A stretch of DNA of 64,000 bases from the NCBI GenBank assembly GCA_938004065.1, contig CALKWM010000020.1, positions 1,813-65,812 on the forward strand, given 5' to 3'. Position 1 is the first letter of the stretch. Every line of letters starts with the position of its first letter. Source of the DNA: an uncultured bacterium (GTDB taxonomy: Bacteria > Patescibacteriota > JAHJAL01). The position numbers and the translations under genes are program-made. Below the pieces are notes generated by a model. It was given only the letters and a program-made list of their open reading frames with translations. It ran no database searches and was not told the DNA's origin. Below, piece after piece: positions 1-9,827 of this stretch.

Positions 1-304
1 CATCAATTTTTAAGCTTTGACTAGTGTTAGAAAAATTGGATATTTCTCCTGCGCTTTGAGGCACTAATGCCACTGAATCACTTGATTGATTAAGCTTGAT
101 AAGTTTGGGGTCGTCAGTATTAAGCAAAAATTTCGATTCATTATTTAACAACCATTTTCCACTTTTATCTATCCCGATAAGGATTGGGTTATATTTTTCT
201 TTATCAATTGCATCAAAAACATTTTTTGCAGATTGCAACGATACTTCATGCTCAGCTGATTTTCCACCGAACAATATTCCGATATTGATTTTTTTCTTAT
301 TCAT
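1..304 (-). CDS. ddl: D-alanine--D-alanine ligase, N-terminal part (truncated by window edge; integron cassette)
   Basis: Manual translation from ATG at 304: [51 protein letters not shown], the GGxSxEHEVS Ddl signature; AAGGAAG RBS upstream; absent from ORF track. Confidence 0.93.
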   Translation of the reverse strand, partial: MNKKKINIGILFGGKSAEHEVSLQSAKNVFDAIDKEKYNPILIGIDKSGKWLLNNESKFLLNTDDPKLIKLNQSSDSVALVPQSAGEISNFSNTSQSLKID

Positions 305-343
305 AAACTTCCTTTAAAAAGATATAAAGATGGGCAGTATTTC

Positions 344-469
344 ACATAACGTTTGCGTGTATGAGAAGTTTCGCCGACTTCCTCATTATTTTATCATAGA
401 GGAGGCGAAATTTGGGCGGAGGCTTTCGGAAGTATGGAGAAAGCCGTAGCCAGATACACGCTGTTATGT
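344..469 (-). other. attC-like recombination site 1
   Basis: ACATAAC-gttt-GCGTGTAT...ATACACGC-t-GTTATGT with two internal hairpins. Confidence 0.82.
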
Positions 470-621
470 GTAGTATTGGAAAACAAAGTCGACGTTAGGA
501 GACTTTATGCTTTGGGGAATTTTTTCTAATTTCAAAAACTTTTATTTTCTTTGCGAGCGATAGCGAGCTCCTTATTTTAGGGGCGAAAAATTTTTAACGT
601 CGCAAAGCGACACCTTGTTCT

Positions 622-1236
622 TTACGGTTCAATTCCTAAAATTAAAAGCGGCACTGGTGGATTATTGCGACCATGACGAAGCACATTGTAAACTTCACCT
701 TCATAATAAGCCACACCAGAAGACATTTGCGATTGCATTTTTTTGGTTGGCAAAATTTCAATACCAAGATTGATCACACCACCTGAATAAAAAAGCAAAT
801 GCTTAACAAAAAGATCAAAAGCTACAAAAGCATATTTTCCAAATTGCACTTCGATTGCGATTTGATCTTTTACAAAATCAGTTTGCTTGTAGGAAGAAAT
901 TGGCTCTTTGTTGCCATGTTTGATTAAAAAATCTTTTTGTTCGGCATAAGGCAACACGATCAATTCATTCATTAGCTTTGGATCAGTCGTAATGTAGTAT
1001 TGATAGCGACTTTCGTGCCAATTTTTCGCATTGAACTTTTTGTTAAATTCCTTGTTAATATCTAAAGGACTATAAAGCATTTTGCCTTTCATTGTCTTTT
1101 CTTTGCTTTCTTTGGTTATAAATTTGTTGGCATCAATGCTTTTAATTGTGCTAATAATTTCATCATAAAGTTTTTTATGATGAACAATCAGATATTCTTC
1201 GCCGTTTAAATGTGAATATTTTTGAGCAATTTTCAT
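622..1236 (-). CDS. BglII/BstYI-family type II restriction endonuclease
   Basis: TDFVKDQIAIEVQFGKY catalytic motif; adjacent methyltransferase. Confidence 0.85.
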   Translation of the reverse strand: MKIAQKYSHLNGEEYLIVHHKKLYDEIISTIKSIDANKFITKESKEKTMKGKMLYSPLDINKEFNKKFNAKNWHESRYQYYITTDPKLMNELIVLPYAEQKDFLIKHGNKEPISSYKQTDFVKDQIAIEVQFGKYAFVAFDLFVKHLLFYSGGVINLGIEILPTKKMQSQMSSGVAYYEGEVYNVLRHGRNNPPVPLLILGIEP

Positions 1237-1247
1237 AATGTTAAGTG

Positions 1248-2174
1248 CTAATTGGTTAAAGCAAGACGAATATCATCGCCAAATTCAACGAAAATATTTT
1301 GTTGGTTATCTTCTTTTGGTTTGTAAATTGGCTGATTCATTGGTCGCGTTTTGAGTTGTCCATAAGATAAAAGGTTTACTCTTTTTTTCGCAATATCTAA
1401 ATATTTTTGTTCAATATCTGCTCCAGCACTTTTTCGATTATGTAAAAGTGAAGCAACAGCAGTTGTGCCAACGCCCATAAAAGGATCAAAAACAAGATCA
1501 TTTTCTTGTGTCATTGATAAAACAAGTCTTTCAATCAAGGCTACTGGAAATTGACAAGGATGATCAGTTTTTTCAATATGATTACTTTTTACGTTTGGAA
1601 TATCCCAAACATCTTCGGGGTTTTTCCCAAGCGGATTACACGAAAGCTCTCCTTGTTTATCTCCCTTAAAATGTTTTTTGCCAGGATATTTTTGCGGAAC
1701 ACGAACAGGATCAAGATTGAAAAAATAATTGTCGTTTTTTGTAAACCAAATAATCGTTTCATATCTTCCTGAAAAACGCTTGGAAGCGTGAAGACCATGG
1801 CCAAAACGCCAGACAATGCGATTTCGCATTTTCATTCCAAGTTTGTCAAAAATCGGATACATCACAATATCCAAAGGAATAATTGAACCGTTATCAACAT
1901 AATTGCCAGTTTGCCAACAAATACTGCCCTCTGGTTTTAAAATACGATAGCATTCCTTGATTACTTGTTCCTGAAAATCAAGATAGCTTTGTATTTTTTG
2001 TCGTTTTTCATATTCTTTTCCAATATTGTAAGGAGGAGAAGTAACGACTAATTGAACCGAGTTATTAGGGATTTGCTTGAGCAAATCCATGCAGTCTCCC
2101 AAATAAAGAGTTAAATCATTACTCTTTTTATATTGTTCGCCGATTATAATCTTTTTGTTAAATAATGTTTGCAT
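1248..2174 (-). CDS. N4-cytosine/N6-adenine DNA methyltransferase (beta class)
   Basis: VTSPPY motif IV precedes HPCQFP and FDPFMGVGTTA motif I. Confidence 0.93.
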   Translation of the reverse strand: MQTLFNKKIIIGEQYKKSNDLTLYLGDCMDLLKQIPNNSVQLVVTSPPYNIGKEYEKRQKIQSYLDFQEQVIKECYRILKPEGSICWQTGNYVDNGSIIPLDIVMYPIFDKLGMKMRNRIVWRFGHGLHASKRFSGRYETIIWFTKNDNYFFNLDPVRVPQKYPGKKHFKGDKQGELSCNPLGKNPEDVWDIPNVKSNHIEKTDHPCQFPVALIERLVLSMTQENDLVFDPFMGVGTTAVASLLHNRKSAGADIEQKYLDIAKKRVNLLSYGQLKTRPMNQPIYKPKEDNQQNIFVEFGDDIRLALTN

Positions 2175-2333
2175 AAGCCTTTTATATTTTAATAAAAAAT
2201 TTCTAATTTAATAATAAAGAAAATAAAAGTTTTTTCCAATTCGAAAAATTCCCCAAAGCATCAGAAATATTTTTTGTTTCTTTCTTTAAAATCAATTTAG
2301 GAAACAAAAATATTTCTGGTTTTCCAATATTTC

Positions 2334-2463
2334 ACATAACGTTTTCGAGTATGAGAAGTTCTGTTGAAGTGAAACGAAACAGAATTTGGGTTAAAAATAT
2401 TTTACGTTCATCTATTTAATTACTAAAAGGTAAAATATTTTTGCCTCATACTCGATGTTGTAG
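2334..2463 (-). other. attC-like recombination site 2
   Basis: ACATAAC...CGAGTATGAG/CTCATACTCG perfect stem...GTTGTAG; two internal hairpins. Confidence 0.82.
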
Positions 2464-2593
2464 GATGTAAATTTTTTATCTGTATTTAAATTCGTTAAAC
2501 TCTGTATTACTTCTAAGAAAACTTGATTTTTTGTTTTAAAAAATTCCAGAGGGGCAAGGGGTGAATGGAATTTTTTAAAACTCCTTATTGTAT

Positions 2594-3085
2594 TTATGCG
2601 ATGATACTTTTGATAATTTCCTCAGTCGGCTTATTAGTTGTGATGTTAATGTGTTTTCCCGGCATGACCGAGTAATCAAAGCTTTCCGTTTCAATTTGAC
2701 TTAATAGTTTTTCATCAGCCTCCTGATGACACGCATGTCTTTCGCGCGACAAGACTCGATCTTTTCTAGTGATATTATCAGCACTACATATAACAAAAAA
2801 CAAATTAACTTTAAATTTTTCTTGCCATTTTTCAAAAATTGCAGCATCTTCTTTAAAATTGAATGGGCCTTCAATAATTAAGTCAACGCCGTTAGAAATT
2901 TGTTCCTCTGTGAATTTCAAAAGTAGGTTTAGGGCTTTCGGTGTCAGAACGTCCAAGACGTCGTGCACTGTTGCTTTGATTTTGTCCTTATGAAGACAAA
3001 CAATGTTTAGTTGTTTTGAAAGTTCTTTGGCGGTAGTTGTTTTTCCTGACCCACCTAGACCACAGACTACGATAAGCTTACTCAT
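2594..3085 (-). CDS. P-loop kinase (AAA_33-like)
   Basis: N-terminal CGLGGSGKTT Walker A, LIIEG Walker B, lid RxxxRxR. Confidence 0.8.
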   Translation of the reverse strand: MSKLIVVCGLGGSGKTTTAKELSKQLNIVCLHKDKIKATVHDVLDVLTPKALNLLLKFTEEQISNGVDLIIEGPFNFKEDAAIFEKWQEKFKVNLFFVICSADNITRKDRVLSRERHACHQEADEKLLSQIETESFDYSVMPGKHINITTNKPTEEIIKSIIA

Positions 3086-3086
3086 A

Positions 3087-3965
3087 TTATTCTTTGGTTA
3101 ATTCATAATCAACTTCGTTGATTCTTGTTTTCATTTTTCCGTCATTATCAATTGTTACAGAAATGCCCGCACCAAAATCAACGGGTAAATATCTATCTCC
3201 GATTGGCTCTTTAAGTAATTCTTTTTTCACGAAAGGACTAATAGTGTCATAATGAGTAAAATTAAAAATAATTAATCTGCTGTCAGGATTTGCTTCATGA
3301 AATTTTGCCGAATACCTCTGTAAAACAATTAAGAATTTTTTCAATCTATCTGCTGTTTCCTCTGGACCTTCAGCGTTCATTTCAAGGCGCACGTCCTTCT
3401 CTTTGTCTCTATCAAAAGCTTGCACAAAATCAGAGTTTTCAGGGTATAGCTCAGCTAAGTAGCTTCCAAAAGGAGAGCTTTTGTCTATGTCTGGTGATAT
3501 TCGTAGTCTGGCTGTCGGTCTAGGCATTCCTTGTCCAGTATTTCTGTATTCTCGGGTGTAATTTAGGAAGTTATTTTTATCAATATTATATTTTTCTAAT
3601 ATTTTAATAACTTCTTCTGAAAATATTGTTCCTGTTTCCATCGCACGCGCACCTTTGCCAGGATAAGTTGAATCACTTCCTAAAACTAAGAAAAATATCT
3701 TTTGCCGTTCGGATTCTGGAATGGTTTCGATTAATTTGATTAATCTTTCGCTAGATTCCTCTTTCGCTGCTTCACGTCCTTTTGGCGTTAATTTTCCATG
3801 TTCTGGTGAAGTACTATTTTTCTCGTGTTCTTGGTGTCGCTGAAACACAATCAACGTTTCGTTTTGTTTTAACGAATGACTTTCTAGGATATTTCTACTT
3901 TCAATTTTATTGATTTGGTTTTCAGGGCCTTTAAACATTGTATTTATATAATAATTATTCGTCAT
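3087..3965 (-). CDS. Histidine-phosphatase-like hypothetical protein
   Basis: QRHQEH...GKLTPKGREAA and later FTHYDTI resemble the RHG/LT..G and SHG motifs; divergent. Confidence 0.55.
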   Translation of the reverse strand: MTNNYYINTMFKGPENQINKIESRNILESHSLKQNETLIVFQRHQEHEKNSTSPEHGKLTPKGREAAKEESSERLIKLIETIPESERQKIFFLVLGSDSTYPGKGARAMETGTIFSEEVIKILEKYNIDKNNFLNYTREYRNTGQGMPRPTARLRISPDIDKSSPFGSYLAELYPENSDFVQAFDRDKEKDVRLEMNAEGPEETADRLKKFLIVLQRYSAKFHEANPDSRLIIFNFTHYDTISPFVKKELLKEPIGDRYLPVDFGAGISVTIDNDGKMKTRINEVDYELTKE

Positions 3966-4090
3966 TTTATTTTCTTAAGAAATAGAATGACACCATATTA
4001 CCCCTCATTAATTAAAAAAATCAAATTTTCTGTCCCTTTAAAACCACCAAAGGCCTGAAATTATCACAAGATAAAAAATTTATTTTCTAC

Positions 4091-4247
4091 AACGTGCCGC
4101 GGCTGATCCGATCGTGGCCAAAGGCCGCCGCAGGCGAGCCGATGGACATGTCGGATAGCCGCTGTTAGACGACGTCGCGGAGCGACGGAGGATAACGGGG
4201 GCGAAGCCGCGGCACGTTAGACAACGAGCGAAGCGATGTTGGCTAAC
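4091..4247. repeat. 157-bp gene-less cassette unit, copy 1 (attC-like site at 4087-4170)
   Basis: Identical to 18759-18915 and 19388-19544; GC-rich, multiple hairpins, AAC at both ends. Confidence 0.92.
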
Positions 4248-4382
4248 GTTTGCGTGTATGAGAAGTTTCGCCGACTTCCTTATTATTCATTATAGAGGAG
4301 GCGAAATTTGGGTGAAAGAAAAAGTGCAACCTTTGAAAATATTTAACGCACTTTTTCTTGAACCTCATACACGCTGTTATAC
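4241..4382 (-). other. attC-like recombination site 4
   Basis: GGCTAAC-gttt-GCGTGTATGAG...CTCATACACGC-t-GTTATAC; near-identical to 18909-19050; HD gene stop codon lies in the R box. Confidence 0.85.
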
Positions 4383-5048
4383 GCTGTTTCGCCCGTCGTT
4401 GATTTCAATATCAAGCTGTTTAATATAATCTGTCATAAATTCAACAAGTGGCTTTGCAAATTGCCTCGCCGATTCAGTACTCAAATTGTCATAACAACTA
4501 ATCTGAAAGTTGATTTGGTCTATAATAAAATTGCCAATACCAATTCCACCGTCAAAGCGTTTGTCAAAATCAACCGCTTTCATTTGCCATGTTTCACCTT
4601 TAATATCGGCGACATCATATTCTGGTTTTGAAGATTTAGAAGTGAAAGCTCTCATGATGCCGACCGCACCAAACAAATCCATCATATCAGCATCACGCAA
4701 AATTTTTAATAATTTGCCTTCGCCTTCGCGGTTTTTATTGTGAAATTTTATCGCATTACAAATCTCGGCAATTTTATCTTGTGTGAGTAAATTATTTTCT
4801 GTTAAAAATTTTGCGGACATTTCAGCACCAACTTCGCCATGCAGATTGCGTTTTTCAGCTTTTGTTAATCCAATATCATGCATTAAGGCTGAAATTTTCA
4901 CCACTTCTAAATCTTCAAAACTTTCCTTATCGGCAATTTGCAAAGCCCAATTTTTAACACGAACAACATGTTTAAAGTCATGAGCAACTTCATTGCTCAT
5001 AACGCTTTTTACATAATCTTCCACTTGTTGAATTTTTTTATTTATCAT
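4377..5048 (-). CDS. HD-domain metal-dependent phosphohydrolase
   Basis: AHDFKHVVRV...ALMHDIG...RDADMMD motifs; start reassigned to MINKKI (5048) because the longer ORF runs through attC sites. Confidence 0.88.
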   Translation of the reverse strand: MINKKIQQVEDYVKSVMSNEVAHDFKHVVRVKNWALQIADKESFEDLEVVKISALMHDIGLTKAEKRNLHGEVGAEMSAKFLTENNLLTQDKIAEICNAIKFHNKNREGEGKLLKILRDADMMDLFGAVGIMRAFTSKSSKPEYDVADIKGETWQMKAVDFDKRFDGGIGIGNFIIDQINFQISCYDNLSTESARQFAKPLVEFMTDYIKQLDIEINDGRNSV

Positions 5049-5078
5049 GTTTGAAATTTTAGTATAGGGCGAAATTGC

Positions 5079-5177
5079 GTATAATGGGCGGCGTTTATGC
5101 AACGTCTTGTATGGACGAAATCGTAAGATTTCGGACAGACGGGATGTAGCGAAGCGGTGCATAAACGACAGTTGTGC
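5079..5177 (-). other. attC-like recombination site 5 (non-canonical AAT/ATT box)
   Basis: GTATAAT...CGTTTATGCA/TGCATAAACG...GTTGTGC. Confidence 0.72.
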
Positions 5178-5254
5178 GAAGCTCCGCCTAAGCACATACT
5201 GGCGTGAAACGCCGCCCATTGTGCAAAATGAAGCGAAGCGGAATTTTGCACAAC
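5083..5254. other. Second type of gene-less cassette unit (172 bp)
   Basis: Only 84 bp (GTTGTGC...GCACAAC) lie between attC 5 and attC 6; same architecture as the 157-bp unit. Confidence 0.75.
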
Positions 5255-5349
5255 GTATCGGCATATCTGATGTTTGCCGTAGCGTAGCGGAGGCAAATAT
5301 GGGTGGAGGCTTTTGTATAAAAGCCGTAACCAGATATGCCGTGTTAGCT
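5248..5349 (-). other. attC-like recombination site 6
   Basis: GCACAAC-gtat-CGGCATATCTG...CAGATATGCCG-t-GTTAGCT. Confidence 0.85.
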
Positions 5350-5419
5350 GATGTATTCCTTTTCTTTTTTCCGACAGCAGTCGGAATTGTTTTAAAAAAT
5401 TTTCAAATTTCTTTTTACG

Positions 5420-5537
5420 TTTTGGATTTTGGGCAGAGGGGTTAGGGGTGAATGCCCAAAATTCAAAACACAATATTTCTTTTTCGTTTGAGGGAGGGGC
5501 AAGAGGGGAATTAAAGGGGTGAATTGCCCCGACCGAA
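5420..5537. repeat. Cassette 3' trailer module, copy A
   Basis: Nearly identical to ~13657-13768; related to 2535-2590. Confidence 0.85.
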
Positions 5538-5543
5538 TTCTAC

Positions 5544-6535
5544 TTACTTGTTTTTGTATGGTGTCCATTGGGGGTTTTCTTTGATATATTCTTTTAAATA
5601 ATTAAGCGTTTTATTAGAATATTTTTGCACTTTTGATGTTTTTCCAGATTTAATCGAGGTGTGATATTCAGGATTATTTAATAATTTTAAATGTTTTATT
5701 AATTTTTGAATAAAATATGATGTTACATTCATTATACGAGAAAGGTCTGATTGTAAAAATGGATAATCAACTTCAGGATTACTTTTTTTGACTAAAACTG
5801 TAAGTGATTCCGATGTCTTTTTTGCTTTATTTGTAGTAATTTCAGATTTGTATCCTTTTGACGTTTCTACTGGCACTATAATAACATTCTCTTGCTTGTT
5901 TGTATAATCGTTTATTGACAAATGTCGACCAATTCTAGCTTTTTTTTGTTTTGATTTTATGTCATTTAGCCAATCCTTGTGACTAATAAATGTATTTTCA
6001 TTTTCGGTTTCGGCAAACTTGCAAGCACGATCAAGAATATATAACGCTCTATTTTTTTCTGACTTTGATTTTCTTGAGTATGCAAATAATCTACCTATCT
6101 TGTGTGAGTAAAATGTATGATCTTTAAATGCGACAGATAGATAATTTTTATCAAACTTTATAAAATATGATCTAAATTCTTCCTTTAGAATTTTATGAAA
6201 AGATTTTAAAGACCAGTAAATTAAGTGAGTTATGATTTCATCATCAAGATCGGGATAAATATTATGTAGTGATTCATTTCTTAAAGATATAATTTGTTGA
6301 ATTGTTTGATTTTCTTCCAATGATATTAAATGAGCTACATGGTGTAATTGATTGACTGCTTTATTAAAATTGCCTTGGAAAGCAGTTCCCATGCTTGCGC
6401 ATTAAATATTACTGATGCTTGCCTAGAGTGCGATCCCTCAACTCTATTGAACATTTCTATGCTTAATTTTGCAGCGTTTATGGCTGTATTCACGTGGTAT
6501 TGATATTTCATTATACGTGATTTTCTTTTTGCCAT
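5544..6535 (-). pseudogene. DUF3644-like (HEPN-type) gene split into two overlapping frames
   Basis: 6335-6535 has SIEMFNR...AWELLSKAILIK; 5544-6392 continues with LRNESLH (Rx4H); frame change near 6360. Confidence 0.62.
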
Positions 6536-6536
6536 A

Positions 6537-9500
6537 TTATTTTATTGAATTTTCTACAATTTCAATTTCCTCTGGCGTAAGTTCGTAGAGTTTATAAACA
6601 AGCTGATCAATTTGCGATTCAAGATTTTTAGTATCCGCGTCTTTATTTTGTTTTTTGAGAGTTAAAATTTGATCAACTAATTTTACTAATGAATCTTGTG
6701 ATTCCTGACTGTTACGAATAATAGGAATTTGTGACATAGAGCCATTTTTTTGAGCTAAAAAATATTTATATCCACCACCTGCGTCCTTACCCTCATTTTT
6801 ATACCAAAAATTTAAAAGCTTTGAATTTAAAATAGCGACAATGTATTTTAATGCTAAGTCTGAATTTTCTTTTTTTAATAAAACAGGAACATTACCCACG
6901 GTAAAATAATTATCATCATCATAACTAAAACGATTTTCATCTGAGCGATAAGGTGTTAAAATTTTTTCTTGTTCAAAAAATTCCTTTTTTCTTGGCCAAT
7001 TTATGCTATACCATGGTATCTTGCCACTAACGCACTCTCGTTTTTTTTCTAATAAAACACGATATTTTTCAAGGTGTTTTTTTATATTTGGATACTTTTC
7101 TATGTGATGATCTTTTGTTATATAAATTAAATAATGTCTTTTGCTTCTTCTATTGGTAGCAAATTTCTTTACTTCATCAGTTGTAATCCAATCTTTTATT
7201 AATTCCTTTTTTTCTTCCAAATTTGGGCTTATTTCTGTTAAATCATTTTCTGTTAAGATAAAAATGCCTTTATTGGCTTCCCAATTTTTATTATATTTTG
7301 TTGCCAAAGTATTTGTAACTTTATCCGCACCTGTAATTATCCCTTGTTTAATTTCACAATATTCTGAAATAGGTTTACCTTTTTTCTTAATTTTATTTAT
7401 TAAATCTAAAACATCGGAAGATTTTGCATTTTCTGCGGGGATATCAATAATTAAATCATTCCCTTTATATAATTGTTGTTGTTCGAGGGAAGCGTAAAGA
7501 GATTTTTTATCTGACCAATCAAAAATAGATCTAAGAATTTCCGAATCAGCAAAACCTTTATTTTGCGTGCTACATATATTCGCTAAAAAATTTTTATCTG
7601 TGTTTTTTTCTAAAATTGTTATTATATTATGTTGCCCTAGAGCTGATTTGAATATTTTTAAATCATTGAAATTGATCAACTTTTTTATTATAGTACGTTT
7701 TTTAAAATCTTCTCTCAAGATTTTTGCCCCATTGGAAGATAGATAATAATTTGTTGTTATAAAAGATAGTTGTCCACTTTCTTTTAACAAATTTAATGAT
7801 CTATGAAAAAAGAAGTAGAACAAATCCATTCTACGTTTGTAAAAATTACCAAGAGACCCCATTCTCACAATTCTAAATATTTCTTTATGTCCTTTTTCAC
7901 CAACATACGGTGGATTTCCTATCACAACATCAAAGGCTTGAACCCCGTGCATTAATTCCGGATCGTAAAATTCTGAAGATGAGCTAATATCAAACGGTTT
8001 ATAGCTTTTTAATTGCTGTGTTTTTTTGTTATCAAACAAACTAGCATTTTGCGTAAGCTTTAGATAATCCTTTTGCAATTTTTCTTTTTTTATTTTGCTA
8101 CTTGTTTTGAAATATTCATTCCGAATAGTTATCAATTTATCTTTTAGATCATGGTCGGTAAGAAATGTTGCTTGCTCAGTGTTATCAAGCGGAATAAGTG
8201 TGTTGGCGCAAACAAATTTAAACTCAAGGTTTGGCAATGGGTCAACCTTTTCACCTTCTGGAATATCCACAATTATTGAAAGCCAAGCTCGCAGACGAGT
8301 GATCTCAATGGCTGTTTGTTCAATATCCACACCATAAAGTGATCGTGATAAAATATCTCGTTTTAATCCCGAAATATCTTTTTCAAATTTTGGATCAAGG
8401 CGAGAATATACTTTCACGAGTAAATGAAGCATGCCCATCGGAAAAGCACCAGATCCAACCGCAGGATCAAGCACTGTGAGAGGAGATTCTGTTTTTGAGC
8501 CTTCAAGCGCTTTTATAATAGCTTCACGATACGGCTTCCAATCACGACGTTTATTTTGATCCTGATCACGGAATATTGCTTCAGGCATACGCACAAGCTC
8601 TTCTATACGACGATCACGATCTGGGGCTTCTGGAACTTTAGTCTTGAGATATTCAATCAAGGATTGCTCGCACATATAGCTCACGATTTCTCGCGGAGTA
8701 TAAAAAGCACCGGTGGCTTTCTTTTTGCTATTGCCCGTATTTTCGTCAATTTGCTCTGCAAGCAAACTCTCAAAAATACGCCCCAACATTTCAGGATCAA
8801 TAGCGACATGCTGGAATTCCGGACTACTTTCATCAACTGTAAAATTGTATTTATTTAAGGTTGTAAAAAGTTGATTAAAATAACCATTTGGAAAAGTTAG
8901 TTTTGGGTCGTTGAAAAAATCAGTCGTGTTTTTATCAAAAAGACCACCGTTCAAATAAGGAGTCAATTTATCGCCGTTATCTCTTTCTAGTTCTTCTCGA
9001 TTTAATACTTCAAAAAAAAGTTTTTCCAGTTGGTTTTTGTAGTATTCTGATTGTTTTTCCGGATCAATCACCGAAAAATAATTAACATTATTATTTACTA
9101 AATTTTTCTTTTTCAAAAACCAAATAAAAAGCAAACGTCCAATAAGTCTGGTCGTGAACATTACTGACTGTTTGCGTCCAAAATCTTTTTCAAGATGGTG
9201 TACTAAAATGCTAAAATGTTCAACCAATTCAAGGTAAAATTTGCGATTGATCGGTTCAAAGTTGAAGCTTTCCCAAAGTTTTGAGTGTAAAGTATTTTTT
9301 AATTCAGCCTGATCAGCAATCTCTAATTCGGAAAGTTTCGCCCATTGAGTAAATATTTCTAATTGGGTTGGGGTAATATGATCTTTTAATTCAAGAGCGC
9401 GAATCTTAAATCTATTAGAAAGCAAAACTATTATACTATCGCAGGTTTCTGGTACAACAAAATCAATCCCTATATTTTTATAATCATTTGAAAGTGCATC

Positions 9501-9824
9501 TTCAAAATTTGGAGTAAGACCAATAATCCACGAAAGATTTGTTTTGCTAGTTTTTTTGACCCAAAAAAGTTTAAGATCAACTGGTTTTCCGTCTTCGTGC
9601 GGTAATTCATACGCCGCCGCTTGGCGAGCAAAACCTGGAGCAAGTTGAAATCTCGTTAATTCCGCGTCTACGCGAGGTATATTTACCAAAAATCTGTCTG
9701 TGGTTTTTATATTGAGTAGCCCAACCAGTTCCGTCGTAATTTTTTCCGCGACATCAAAAGATCTTTCATTTGAAAGTTGTTTTAAGAGTTGGTCAAATTT
9801 GTTTTTTATCTCTAGGGTATTCAT
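6537..9824 (-). CDS. Eco57I/TaqI-like (Type IIG-type) adenine methyltransferase with target recognition domain
   Basis: YLNGGLF, GAFYTPREIV, LDPAVGSGAF, VIGNPPY, TaqI_C-like C-terminus. Confidence 0.9.
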   Translation of the reverse strand: MNTLEIKNKFDQLLKQLSNERSFDVAEKITTELVGLLNIKTTDRFLVNIPRVDAELTRFQLAPGFARQAAAYELPHEDGKPVDLKLFWVKKTSKTNLSWIIGLTPNFEDALSNDYKNIGIDFVVPETCDSIIVLLSNRFKIRALELKDHITPTQLEIFTQWAKLSELEIADQAELKNTLHSKLWESFNFEPINRKFYLELVEHFSILVHHLEKDFGRKQSVMFTTRLIGRLLFIWFLKKKNLVNNNVNYFSVIDPEKQSEYYKNQLEKLFFEVLNREELERDNGDKLTPYLNGGLFDKNTTDFFNDPKLTFPNGYFNQLFTTLNKYNFTVDESSPEFQHVAIDPEMLGRIFESLLAEQIDENTGNSKKKATGAFYTPREIVSYMCEQSLIEYLKTKVPEAPDRDRRIEELVRMPEAIFRDQDQNKRRDWKPYREAIIKALEGSKTESPLTVLDPAVGSGAFPMGMLHLLVKVYSRLDPKFEKDISGLKRDILSRSLYGVDIEQTAIEITRLRAWLSIIVDIPEGEKVDPLPNLEFKFVCANTLIPLDNTEQATFLTDHDLKDKLITIRNEYFKTSSKIKKEKLQKDYLKLTQNASLFDNKKTQQLKSYKPFDISSSSEFYDPELMHGVQAFDVVIGNPPYVGEKGHKEIFRIVRMGSLGNFYKRRMDLFYFFFHRSLNLLKESGQLSFITTNYYLSSNGAKILREDFKKRTIIKKLINFNDLKIFKSALGQHNIITILEKNTDKNFLANICSTQNKGFADSEILRSIFDWSDKKSLYASLEQQQLYKGNDLIIDIPAENAKSSDVLDLINKIKKKGKPISEYCEIKQGIITGADKVTNTLATKYNKNWEANKGIFILTENDLTEISPNLEEKKELIKDWITTDEVKKFATNRRSKRHYLIYITKDHHIEKYPNIKKHLEKYRVLLEKKRECVSGKIPWYSINWPRKKEFFEQEKILTPYRSDENRFSYDDDNYFTVGNVPVLLKKENSDLALKYIVAILNSKLLNFWYKNEGKDAGGGYKYFLAQKNGSMSQIPIIRNSQESQDSLVKLVDQILTLKKQNKDADTKNLESQIDQLVYKLYELTPEEIEIVENSIK

Positions 9825-9827
9825 AGG

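Noticed and set aside
5045-5473. ORFs 5045-5473, 5107-5445 and the 72-aa N-terminal extension of the HD ORF
   Set aside because: They run through GC-rich attC hairpins, which lack stops by composition
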